Shown here piece by piece: positions 55,725-63,744 of a stretch of DNA of 64,000 nucleotides (positions within the stretch are counted from its first letter, which is position 1; every line of letters begins with the position of its first letter). The stretch is from an uncultured Clostridia bacterium. Lineage in GTDB: Bacteria; Bacillota; Clostridia; Christensenellales; UBA1750. Location of the stretch: assembly GCA_947625765.1 (NCBI GenBank), contig CANQPP010000001.1, positions 7,763-71,762 of the forward strand, given 5' to 3'. The notes beneath the pieces were generated by a model, which did no database searches, was not told the origin of the DNA, and worked only from the letters and a program-made list of their open reading frames with translations. The position numbers and the translations under genes are program-made.

Positions 55725-56696
55725 CTAAAGCTCGATGATCTCCGTTTCCTCCGCCGGTTTGGGCGTCTGCTTGGCGGCGGGCTTCTGCTTCTTCAGCCTG
55801 TGCTGGTAGACCAGGCCCGTCAGCTGCACGGCGATGAGGGGCGTCATGGCCACCATCGCCACCACGCCGAAGGCGTCCGCGACGATGTTGCCGCCCACCG
55901 CCTCGCAGGCGCCCATGGCGAAGGGCAGCAGGAACGTGGCCGTCATGGTGCCGGAGGCCACGCCGCCGGAGTCGAAGGCGATGGAGGTGAAGATGGGCGG
56001 CACGAAGAAGCTCAAGGCAAGGGCGGCCGCGTAGCCCGGCACCAGGAACCACAGGGCGGAGATACCCGTGAGCACCCGCAGCATCGCCAGGCCTATGGAG
56101 ACGGCCACGCCGCAGGAGAGGCTGCGCTTCATGGCCCGCTGGGGGATGGCCCCGGAGCTGATCTCCTCCACCTGCCGGTTGAGCACGTGCACCGCGGGCT
56201 CGGCGGAGACGATGAAGTAGCCGATGGCCATGCCGACGGGGATGAGGAGCCAGCGGAAGGGCCGGCTGCCGATCTCCAGCCCCAGCCGGGTGCCCGCGGG
56301 CATAAAGCCCATGTTGGCCCCGGTCAGGAACAGGACCAGGCCCAGATAGGTATACAGAACGCCCACCAAAATGCGGATGAGCGGAGCGCGCTTTAGGCGC
56401 AGGGACGCGCATTGAAAGACCAGGAAGAAGGCCAGGATCGGCAGGACCGCCAGGGCCATCTCGCCCAAATACTTGGGCAGGCCGAACAGGAACAGGCGGG
56501 CCAGCGCCACGGTATCCCGCACCTCGGGCAGCTCCACGGGCAGGTACGCGCCCGCCGTGGAGGGGAAGATGAGTCCTAAGATCAGCACCGCCAGAACGGG
56601 CCCCACGGAGCAGAGCGCGATGAGGCCGAAGCTGTCCTGGGCGGCGTTCTTATCGCTGCGGATGGAGGAGATGCCAAGTCCCAAGGCCATGATAAA
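55725..56696 (-). pseudogene. 3' portion of a two-repeat DUF1538 membrane-protein gene, truncated by the mobile-element insertion
   Basis: The frame reads ...FIMALGLGISSIRSDKNAAQDSFGLIALCSVGPVLAVLILG (end of a first DUF1538 repeat), then a full second repeat (FDSGGVASGTMTATFLLPFAMG). Host-like sequence stops at ~56696. ~200 N-terminal codons are missing. Confidence 0.6.
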
Positions 56697-56708
56697 CCTA
56701 ATGTCAAG

Positions 56709-58313
56709 TCACAGGGCCAAAGTCTGACTTCCAATATTGCCTACGAACCTGTAGAAGATTTCTATCTCCTGCGTTTTGCCCCCGTTCGGGTTAGCGACCT
56801 TCTCATGTACGACAATCTTTTGGATAAGAGCCGTGAGCATCTCACGGGTGAGTTCTGTGGGGCGAGTATACTTCTTGAGCAACTTGATCCACTCTTCGGC
56901 GTTCTCAGTCTCATCCGTGGTTTTATAAAGCTGTTCTTTGAGTTTAGACACTTTCTCAGTGAGCGATGCTTGTTCCCCCTGGTATTTCCCCGTCAGTGTC
57001 TCAAATACACGTCCAGGGATTTTCCCGAACGATCTATCCTCATACACTTTGACGAACAAATCATCCAACTCGTCCAGCCTCTTTTCTGCCCGGCGCAGTT
57101 CTTCCTCTATCCTCCTTCGCTCAGACCTCTCGTTTCTCCTGTTGCTTCGTAGGATCATTTCTAGCATCTCATCCTCATCTTTTTGAACGATGGATGTGTA
57201 ATACTGCAAGCGCTTCAACACCAAGTCATAGATGGTATCATAAAGGATATAATGGGAAGGACATGGTTTGGTAATCTTGTTGGATTCACACATAAACCGC
57301 TTGCGGCCATTATTGGGCTTGTAGTGTAGATGATTACCACAGGTTGAACACACTAACATGCGAGAAAAAAGGTTTGGTTCGCCGCTCTTTAATTGCCGAT
57401 GTCGTCCTTCTATCAACTCTTGTACCAGATAAAATTCTTCTCTGGAAACAAGAGGTTCATGGGTATTCTCGACCGTCTGCCATTCAGATTTCGGCGCGCT
57501 TATGACCATAGGGGATTTGAAGGATGGCTTCTTGTACTTCCCATATACAGTATCGCCCATATATACGGGATTTCGGAGAATCCTCAAGACGGTTGACATA
57601 TCCCATTCAAACTTTTTTTCTTCGGAGATTCTAATTGTCCCCATTGGATAGAACCATCTAGGTATTGGAATCTGATTCTCCGCAAGAGTTCTAGCAATCG
57701 TCTTGCATCCATGGCCTTGCACTGCCAAACGAAACATTTTCTCTACGATCCAACTGTGTTCAGTGTCTACTAGAAGATGTCCTTTCTGCTCCGGGTCACG
57801 TTTGTAGCCAAGTGGCGGTGTCGTACAATAATATGCTCCTTTTCCCTTCCTTGTGGCGAGAGCGGACTTTACCTTCTTGCTCGTCTGCCGGGCTTGCATC
57901 TCGTTTAGGATATTCAAGAAAGGAGCGAGTTCATTATCCCCGGCCATTGTGTCCACGTTATCATTCACCGCGATGTAACGGACATTCTTGCTGGGAAAAT
58001 AAATCTCAGTGTACTGGCCTGTCATGATATAGTTTCGACCGAGGCGGGATAAGTCTTTCGTAATAACGCAATTGATCTTTCCTTCCTCGATATCCTCTAT
58101 CATCCTTTTGAAACCAGGACGGTTGAAATTAGTGCCAGACCAGCCATCATCTATATACTCATCGACTATGTTCATTCTATGCTCTTGGGCATACTCATTA
58201 AGTAACATCCGCTGAGTTTGGATACTAGCGCTATCCCCTTTTAGTTCGTCGTCTTTGCTTAGTCTCATATAAAGCGCCGTGTTGTAAACCTTTGCGATAG
58301 TGGGCTGTTTCAA
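56709..58313 (-). CDS. large serine recombinase (phage integrase type)
   Basis: N-terminal resolvase domain (ALYMRLSKDD...SIQTQR..., catalytic Ser context) followed by VITKDLSRLGRN, then recombinase and zinc-ribbon/coiled-coil domains (CSTCGNHL...C). I place the start at TTG 58313, 7 nt after AAAGGAGG. The ORF-track ATG at 58337 contains that SD. Confidence 0.9.
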   Translation of the reverse strand: MKQPTIAKVYNTALYMRLSKDDELKGDSASIQTQRMLLNEYAQEHRMNIVDEYIDDGWSGTNFNRPGFKRMIEDIEEGKINCVITKDLSRLGRNYIMTGQYTEIYFPSKNVRYIAVNDNVDTMAGDNELAPFLNILNEMQARQTSKKVKSALATRKGKGAYYCTTPPLGYKRDPEQKGHLLVDTEHSWIVEKMFRLAVQGHGCKTIARTLAENQIPIPRWFYPMGTIRISEEKKFEWDMSTVLRILRNPVYMGDTVYGKYKKPSFKSPMVISAPKSEWQTVENTHEPLVSREEFYLVQELIEGRHRQLKSGEPNLFSRMLVCSTCGNHLHYKPNNGRKRFMCESNKITKPCPSHYILYDTIYDLVLKRLQYYTSIVQKDEDEMLEMILRSNRRNERSERRRIEEELRRAEKRLDELDDLFVKVYEDRSFGKIPGRVFETLTGKYQGEQASLTEKVSKLKEQLYKTTDETENAEEWIKLLKKYTRPTELTREMLTALIQKIVVHEKVANPNGGKTQEIEIFYRFVGNIGSQTLAL

Positions 58314-58335
58314 GATGTGCCTCCTTTCATATAAC

Positions 58336-58396
58336 AACCCACGCTTACAGTGCTTTTGCTACGGGCAATTATACCATAAGCGTGGTTTCATCTCAA
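58336..58396 (-). promoter_or_regulatory. integrase promoter embedded in a 12-bp inverted repeat
   Basis: Minus strand: TTGAGA (58396..58391), 17-nt spacer, extended -10 TGGTATAAT (58376..58368). IR arms AACCCACGCTTA (58336-58347) and TAAGCGTGGTTT (58377-58388), one mismatch, bracket the -10. Confidence 0.5.
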
Positions 58397-58405
58397 GTAT
58401 TATTC

Positions 58406-58546
58406 TTAATTTAAATCAGCGCTCTCACTAATGATGCTCTGGACAATCAATTCACCAAGAGTGGTCTTTTCATCTTCAAGGAAATGCTCTACTAGCTTGA
58501 TCTCAACGTCCCCGCGCCGCTTATTCTTGTGACCGCCATTATTCAT
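58406..58546 (-). CDS. possible 46-aa ORF overlapping the phage dut stop
   Basis: Not in the ORF track (too short). ATG 58546..58544 overlaps the dut stop (ATGAATAA). It reads MNNGGHKNKRRGDVEIKLVEHFLEDEKTTLGELIVQSIISESADLN*. No homology recognised. Confidence 0.3.
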   Translation of the reverse strand: MNNGGHKNKRRGDVEIKLVEHFLEDEKTTLGELIVQSIISESADLN

Positions 58547-59009
58547 TCGTGCTGCCAAAACCACCCGTTCTATTAGCGTTAATTGTGTCAGTAGAATCGC
58601 CGTCTAAGTACGAGACGAATATCCCTTGGGCGACCCTTTCTCCGGCCTTAATATCAACAGGATTCTTACCGTAATTATGTAAGCAAATGCCAATATTTCC
58701 GCCGTTATCTTCGTTCATGAAGTAGTCCTTGTCAATCACTCCAACGGTGTTGGCAAGCATCAGATTACGCCTAATACCGATACTGCTGCGCACGAAGATG
58801 AGAAGCACATCATGTTCGCCGTTCATGTAGGATGCAACGTCAGTCCAGATGAGATGGCTCTTGCCGGGTTCAATCGTGACATCGATCGGGCAGAAGAAGT
58901 CATACCCCGCGCTATACTTACTGCCTTTCACAGGGAGCTTGATTTCAGCCCCCTTATTTTTTACGAACTTCTCAGGAACCTTCACGAACCCTCTTTGAGA
59001 TGTTGCCAA
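58539..59009 (-). CDS. dut: dUTP diphosphatase (element-encoded copy)
   Basis: Motifs SAGYDF, RSSIG, VGVIDKDYF...NGGNIG and GGFGSTN. I place the start at TTG 59009, 7 nt after GGAGGAG, giving M-ATSQRGFVKV, parallel to host MRGFERV. Confidence 0.8.
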   Translation of the reverse strand: MATSQRGFVKVPEKFVKNKGAEIKLPVKGSKYSAGYDFFCPIDVTIEPGKSHLIWTDVASYMNGEHDVLLIFVRSSIGIRRNLMLANTVGVIDKDYFMNEDNGGNIGICLHNYGKNPVDIKAGERVAQGIFVSYLDGDSTDTINANRTGGFGSTNE

Positions 59010-59013
59010 TCTA

Positions 59014-59205
59014 TCACTCCTCCACATTCTTGTAGTACAGGCCACAATGACACCAGCCGCTCTTGTTCATCATTAAGAACTCGTCGCACACGCACTTGTT
59101 CTCTGGCAGATGTTCCACCTTGCACGGGCAGTACCCGTCGTTCTCCTTAATGGCCTTTCTAATCTCTGCCGCCTTTTCCACGTCCTCGTTCACCTTAAAC
59201 CGCAT
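59014..59205 (-). CDS. ferredoxin-thioredoxin-reductase catalytic-subunit-like small Cys-rich protein
   Basis: 63 aa. ...ENDGYCPCKVEHLPENKCVCDEFLMMNKSGWCHCGLYY carries a CPC...CxC...CHC arrangement, like the FTR catalytic chain / short bacterial FTR-like proteins as I remember them. Confidence 0.55.
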   Translation of the reverse strand: MRFKVNEDVEKAAEIRKAIKENDGYCPCKVEHLPENKCVCDEFLMMNKSGWCHCGLYYKNVEE

Positions 59206-59675
59206 TAGAGAACCTCCTTGATTGTGCCGGGGCGATAGCCATCAATAGCTCTCTGAACCAAGTATTCGTTCATTGCAATCTTTAGCCTGTAGTAGGCAAT
59301 TCTCTCGCCTGTATATAAATTGAACTCATCCTCGGGACTACACTTTGCGATACCAACCCAATCATCTAATACTGCCTTCACAATGTGCCCGTCAGTGTAG
59401 ATGGAGGCAATCAACGGATCACTATCCATCCTAACCTTGTGGACAAAGTGCATAGGCTCCTCCCGCTGGAGAATGACGCAGTTCTTCATGAAGAAGTCGA
59501 GGTCGAAGATACCAGTTCCGATGTCAGGCTTCGCATTCAACTTGCTCGGAACAGTGAACAAGATGAATCCATCTCTAGTTACTTCCTTGACGATGCCTGC
59601 TCTCCCCTTGAGTTTCTCAACGGGAGCATTCTTAATCTCGAATTGGACACCGGGGACAATCAAATCTGGACGCAT
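59205..59675 (-). CDS. hypothetical phage protein
   Basis: 156 aa, coding-like composition, in operon context. No family recognised (C-terminal ...GIAKCSPEDEFNLYTGERIAYYRLKIAM). Confidence 0.5.
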   Translation of the reverse strand: MRPDLIVPGVQFEIKNAPVEKLKGRAGIVKEVTRDGFILFTVPSKLNAKPDIGTGIFDLDFFMKNCVILQREEPMHFVHKVRMDSDPLIASIYTDGHIVKAVLDDWVGIAKCSPEDEFNLYTGERIAYYRLKIAMNEYLVQRAIDGYRPGTIKEVL

Positions 59676-59684
59676 AGTTCCTCC

Positions 59685-60806
59685 TTACGCCGCTACGGGC
59701 AAAGTCTTTAAGTAGTTCTCGTACCCTGCCAATGATCTTCTATCCATAAAATCTAAGTCTTGATTAAAAGCTCTCTTGGCCTGTACAACTTTGTTGTTTC
59801 TGATTTCTAGCGTAATATAACTCTTGTCAGGCGATGCCTTGTCACGCATGAATACGATGTGGCACTTGCCTTCGAGAACGAGGTTGATGTAGCTGGCAAC
59901 GCAGTTGTTCTGCTGCACGGCCTCGTCCTTAATATCCTGCGTAGAACGCGGATACCGCCAAACAAACCTGCCGTCGCTCCATTCATAGGCCGGGTTCACT
60001 TTAGACGCAAACTCTCTTTCATCGAACTCCTTCATCAATCTCTCGTAGCTCCTAACCATGATGCGCTCGGTAGTAAGCAAGTTTCTCGGATACTTATCGT
60101 ACTTCTCGCTGATTTTAGAGGCCATTCTTAGATAGTCTTTCCAACAATCAAGAAGTCCGTTTATTGCCAACGCTTCATATGTCATGATTTTATCGACGTA
60201 GGTGAACAGAGCTGAGTTAGAGATGTGGTAGGCATTTTTTATTACTAAAAATAAGTTGCCGTACCGATGTCCATCATGAATATCCCAATAGACCGCATGG
60301 CGAAACACGCCCAATAAATCTTTTGGGGTTAGGCTTTGCCATTCATGGTAGAAAGCGTACTGCATCATGTCGGGGTCTTTCATGTATTCGTCGTATAGGT
60401 TCTGATCCAGCTTAATATCAAAGTCCCGGCAGATTTTTAGAAGCCCTTTTGGAACATCAGACGATGGGAGGCGAAACTTGAGTGATACGTTTACACCCAT
60501 GGCGAAGAATTGCTCGGCGTAAGGATACCACTTGGCTCTATCTAGTAACGATCCGAAGTTTATCAGGGAAAATGACTGTTCGTCATAAACAGCGGTAAGA
60601 AACACTCTATACCTTGGCTCTTGTATCTTCTCCAAAAGGCTAGGAATGCTTTCTCCATGGAGTTGCGCACGCAAATCCTTGACAGGTTTTCCGCGCTTGC
60701 CTATTGTTTCTCTCGTCGAGAGATTGTACTTGACCGTGCTACCATCTTCCAAGTAAAAGGTAAACAGCGGGCCATCCTTCACTATTTTCTCTACCGTGGG
60801 GTTCAC
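59685..60806 (-). CDS. PcfJ-like domain protein
   Basis: 373 aa, GTG start. C-terminal ...YPRNLLTTERIMVRSYERL...DEAVQQNNCVASYINLVLEGKCHIVFMRDKASPDKSYITLEIRNNKVVQAKRAFNQD matches my recollection of the PcfJ-like domain. Confidence 0.55.
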   Translation of the reverse strand: MNPTVEKIVKDGPLFTFYLEDGSTVKYNLSTRETIGKRGKPVKDLRAQLHGESIPSLLEKIQEPRYRVFLTAVYDEQSFSLINFGSLLDRAKWYPYAEQFFAMGVNVSLKFRLPSSDVPKGLLKICRDFDIKLDQNLYDEYMKDPDMMQYAFYHEWQSLTPKDLLGVFRHAVYWDIHDGHRYGNLFLVIKNAYHISNSALFTYVDKIMTYEALAINGLLDCWKDYLRMASKISEKYDKYPRNLLTTERIMVRSYERLMKEFDEREFASKVNPAYEWSDGRFVWRYPRSTQDIKDEAVQQNNCVASYINLVLEGKCHIVFMRDKASPDKSYITLEIRNNKVVQAKRAFNQDLDFMDRRSLAGYENYLKTLPVAA

Positions 60807-60829
60807 CGCCTTTGTTTCTTGATGCTAAC

Positions 60830-60856
60830 ACTATACCATCTCAAACCTAGTTGCAA
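60830..60856 (-). promoter_or_regulatory. possible internal promoter upstream of the PcfJ-like gene
   Basis: Minus strand: TTGCAA (60856..60851), 15-nt spacer, extended -10 TGGTATAGT (60838..60830). Confidence 0.35.
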
Positions 60857-60864
60857 CAATAGTT

Positions 60865-60908
60865 TTTGAAAAAAATATATAATTAAGGAGGGGCTAATGC
60901 CCCTCCTT
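60865..60908 (-). terminator. rho-independent terminator after nrdG
   Basis: Perfect 10-bp stem, AAGGAGGGGC (60885-60894) with GCCCCTCCTT (60899-60908), TAAT loop. On the minus strand it is followed by AATTATATATTTTTTT. Confidence 0.65.
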
Positions 60909-60909
60909 T

Positions 60910-61557
60910 TTATTCCTCTTCAATCTCGTCTTTCGAGACGAAAGGATGAACTTCATAGGGCGTTGACTTCTTGTAAATGCGGCGCAGATACCGTATGTAT
61001 GATTCGCACACCTCGAAGGCAGACTCTGGTAAGAGTGGGTACTTTACTGAACGAATCTGGTTGAACCCTTTGTCGTATGAGACCGCGTAGTGGATGGCGT
61101 TCAGCATATCCGTTATCATTTCCGGGCTGTACTTCACGCCCAGAACTTCTTTAACCAGTTCCCCATCCTCTTTATCCGGCAAGAGCAAGTGGTACGGCAG
61201 CTTCATATCGACGTGGAAACCATCTACTAGCCCCATATCCATGAGCCACACCATCTCGTTTGGATGCGTACCATTGGTATAAATGATGATGATACCGCCG
61301 GGCGGGAGGTGACTACGGATTTCCCGTAGATCACTCTCCACATCCCTTATATCTCCTTGCAGATACTCGTCCCCGGAGAGGACTACGCAATCTACAAGGT
61401 CTTTATTCAACTCAATGTACTTCGTCACATCGTCTATGCTGTATGAGACAATGCCCGGCTCATGCAACATATCCCGATTGAGACATTGGTAGCAGTTGAG
61501 GTTGCATCCAGTGAGCGCATGTACTATAAGTGCCCTACGTCCGGCTATTTCCGACAT
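60910..61557 (-). CDS. nrdG: anaerobic ribonucleotide reductase activating enzyme (radical SAM)
   Basis: 215 aa. CNLNCYQC (CxxxCxxC) is near the N-terminus. The gene lies immediately downstream of nrdD. Confidence 0.8.
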   Translation of the reverse strand: MSEIAGRRALIVHALTGCNLNCYQCLNRDMLHEPGIVSYSIDDVTKYIELNKDLVDCVVLSGDEYLQGDIRDVESDLREIRSHLPPGGIIIIYTNGTHPNEMVWLMDMGLVDGFHVDMKLPYHLLLPDKEDGELVKEVLGVKYSPEMITDMLNAIHYAVSYDKGFNQIRSVKYPLLPESAFEVCESYIRYLRRIYKKSTPYEVHPFVSKDEIEEE

Positions 61558-61583
61558 GGATATAGATAGCCGTGGGTAGTATC

Positions 61584-63416
61584 TTATAATTCTGTGTCCG
61601 CCTCCTTCATCTTCCTGCGGGATGCCCAGTCGATGCGCCGTGCTGCCGCCCAGAAGTTGTGCTCTCCCGCGTACTTGCCTTCCTTCTCATGGATGCGCTT
61701 GCGGGCAATCATCCTTACGTAGCCGATAACGCGGGAGAACGTAGCGAGATCATCACTTCCGCAGTACGGGCACTTGTCGAGATTCTTTGCATCCGTAGCG
61801 ACAATCTTCTCGCCGCAGGTCATGCAAGAGGTCAATGTAGGAGTAATGGTGATGTAGTTGATGGGCTTCTCAAACAGCTTATCAATGTACTTCGCCAACA
61901 CTTCGGGTTCAAGCACCTCTTCGAGGAAGTGGTGCAGAATAGAGCCAGACGTAGCATAGCCCTGGAACTCTGCCGCGTTCTCGATCTGCTGTAAGAAATC
62001 AGCCTCGCTGAACGGAACCATGCACCCAGATGTCAGGAACACATCGTCGCCCTTGCCCTGCACAAAGATTTCGCGGCCATGCTCCTTCGCCCACTTCACA
62101 TCGCTGCGGGCCAGCTTGATACCAGCGTTCTCGGCGGGCGCATACTCGATGCCGCAGGCTACCTTGTCCTTCTCGATAATCTCATCGACCACGCTGGACA
62201 TATATTGCATGAGATCGTGGGCTACCATCTTGCCTTCCGGGTCGATCATGCCCTTCTTATAGCCAGCGTTGATAAGCCCTTCGTGCATGCCCGTTACGGC
62301 AAACACGTTGAAGTAGTTCCTTAAGTCGGAGTTATAGGAGAAGAACGTGGGGTAAAGCTCCTTGTGCGCTTCGATCCAGCGGCGCTTCGCCATGTGCCCC
62401 TTCTCCATGATCCAGAAGATTTCATGAATCCTCTTCTTCATGGCCTCGTAGTCTCGCCCGTACTCCAGGAACATCCTATCCATGTTGAGGTTCAGCACCT
62501 GTACCGCGCCAGTATTGCCGACGGAAGAGCCGAAAATACCGCTGCCAACCTTCTGGAGCAGGTCAAGGGGAATCTGCAAGCGGCAGCATAGAGATCGAGA
62601 CACAGCGGGGTCTTTCGCTTTGATTTTTGGATTCAGGGCGCGATAATACTCGTTATCGAATGCCTTCGTCTTGAAGTTCTCAAAGTAGCAGCCGCCGAAG
62701 TAGTAAATCTTCTCCAGCAGGTACAGGAACAGCTTGTTGTGGTAATTGAAATCATCGTCGATCTGGACAGTGATGAGCGGGAACGTGAACGGGATGCCCG
62801 TGCTGCTCCCCTCTGCCATTACGTCGATGATGGCCTTGTTGATGCGGTCGAAGTATTCGCCGGGAATATCCTTATAGGTGTAGTCCAGCACCTCGCCGCC
62901 GACGACCACAAGCTCGTCCTTGATTTCCTCGGAGGGCTTACCGAACTCAAGTGTGACGTTAGAGAAAGCACTTTCAGAGCCAGACCGCAGGGGGAGATTC
63001 AGCTCATAGATGAAGGACTTGAACATCTTCTTGAGTTCGTGTTCGGAGTAGTCCACGCCGTGAGTATTCTCATAGTACAGGTATGATGCCGCGATGGTAG
63101 TCATTTGAGACAACATAACAGCGCCGGAGACCTGTTGAGACATGAGCGTCACGATATTGGAGAAATGGCGGAGCAGGATGCGCAATGACGCGGCGGGTTC
63201 AGAAGCAATCATGTTCTGAGCCAAGGTGGGGATGCCGATGGTAGCAACGTCCTTGCAGGACACGGACTGGCAGTAGGAAGAAAGCTGTTTGTCATGGATG
63301 TAGACAACGCCCTGCTCGTAAAGATCGACTAACTCTTTGGGAAACACATGCGTCATAAGGTATTCTTCTTCCGCCTTATTGCACAGGTTCTTGCGCATAA
63401 GGGAGAGAGAATACAC
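61584..63416 (-). CDS. nrdD: anaerobic (class III) ribonucleoside-triphosphate reductase
   Basis: C-terminal zinc ribbon CMTCGEKI...CPYCGS followed by the glycyl-radical motif SRVIGYVR. The N-terminal ...VVYIHD... region resembles NrdD. The ORF-track start is a GTG, and coding-like sequence continues in frame up to 63518 with no start codon (see findings). Confidence 0.9.
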   Translation of the reverse strand: MYSLSLMRKNLCNKAEEEYLMTHVFPKELVDLYEQGVVYIHDKQLSSYCQSVSCKDVATIGIPTLAQNMIASEPAASLRILLRHFSNIVTLMSQQVSGAVMLSQMTTIAASYLYYENTHGVDYSEHELKKMFKSFIYELNLPLRSGSESAFSNVTLEFGKPSEEIKDELVVVGGEVLDYTYKDIPGEYFDRINKAIIDVMAEGSSTGIPFTFPLITVQIDDDFNYHNKLFLYLLEKIYYFGGCYFENFKTKAFDNEYYRALNPKIKAKDPAVSRSLCCRLQIPLDLLQKVGSGIFGSSVGNTGAVQVLNLNMDRMFLEYGRDYEAMKKRIHEIFWIMEKGHMAKRRWIEAHKELYPTFFSYNSDLRNYFNVFAVTGMHEGLINAGYKKGMIDPEGKMVAHDLMQYMSSVVDEIIEKDKVACGIEYAPAENAGIKLARSDVKWAKEHGREIFVQGKGDDVFLTSGCMVPFSEADFLQQIENAAEFQGYATSGSILHHFLEEVLEPEVLAKYIDKLFEKPINYITITPTLTSCMTCGEKIVATDAKNLDKCPYCGSDDLATFSRVIGYVRMIARKRIHEKEGKYAGEHNFWAAARRIDWASRRKMKEADTEL

Positions 63417-63530
63417 AAAGTTACTGTTCTCCCGCTTTAGGTAGTCAGACTTCCAGTCCTGTTCGTTGCCTACGAATTTGTCAATTAGTGAGTTTGTGTC
63501 ATGAAATACTGCGATAGGTCAACACTTCCT

Positions 63531-63728
63531 TCAATAGTTTTCACGGAGATACTTGATAGCCTGCTCGAAGCTAAAGAACTTCTCTCCGTCTCTTAGTACA
63601 GGCACGGTACTGATGCCCATAGCTTTCAACGCTTCAATGTCGCTTTCCACCTGGAACGAGATGTTGTGCTTCTGTAGCTCCTTTTCAAGGAGTTTGCACT
63701 TTGGGCAACCCGTGCTATAGATCGTCAT
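63531..63728 (-). CDS. NrdH/glutaredoxin-like redoxin
   Basis: 65 aa. MTIYSTGCPKCKLLEKEL... carries a CPxC active site plus TVPVL (cis-Pro loop). AGGAGGTG SD. Confidence 0.75.
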   Translation of the reverse strand: MTIYSTGCPKCKLLEKELQKHNISFQVESDIEALKAMGISTVPVLRDGEKFFSFEQAIKYLRENY

Positions 63729-63744
63729 ATAGCATCACCTCCTT

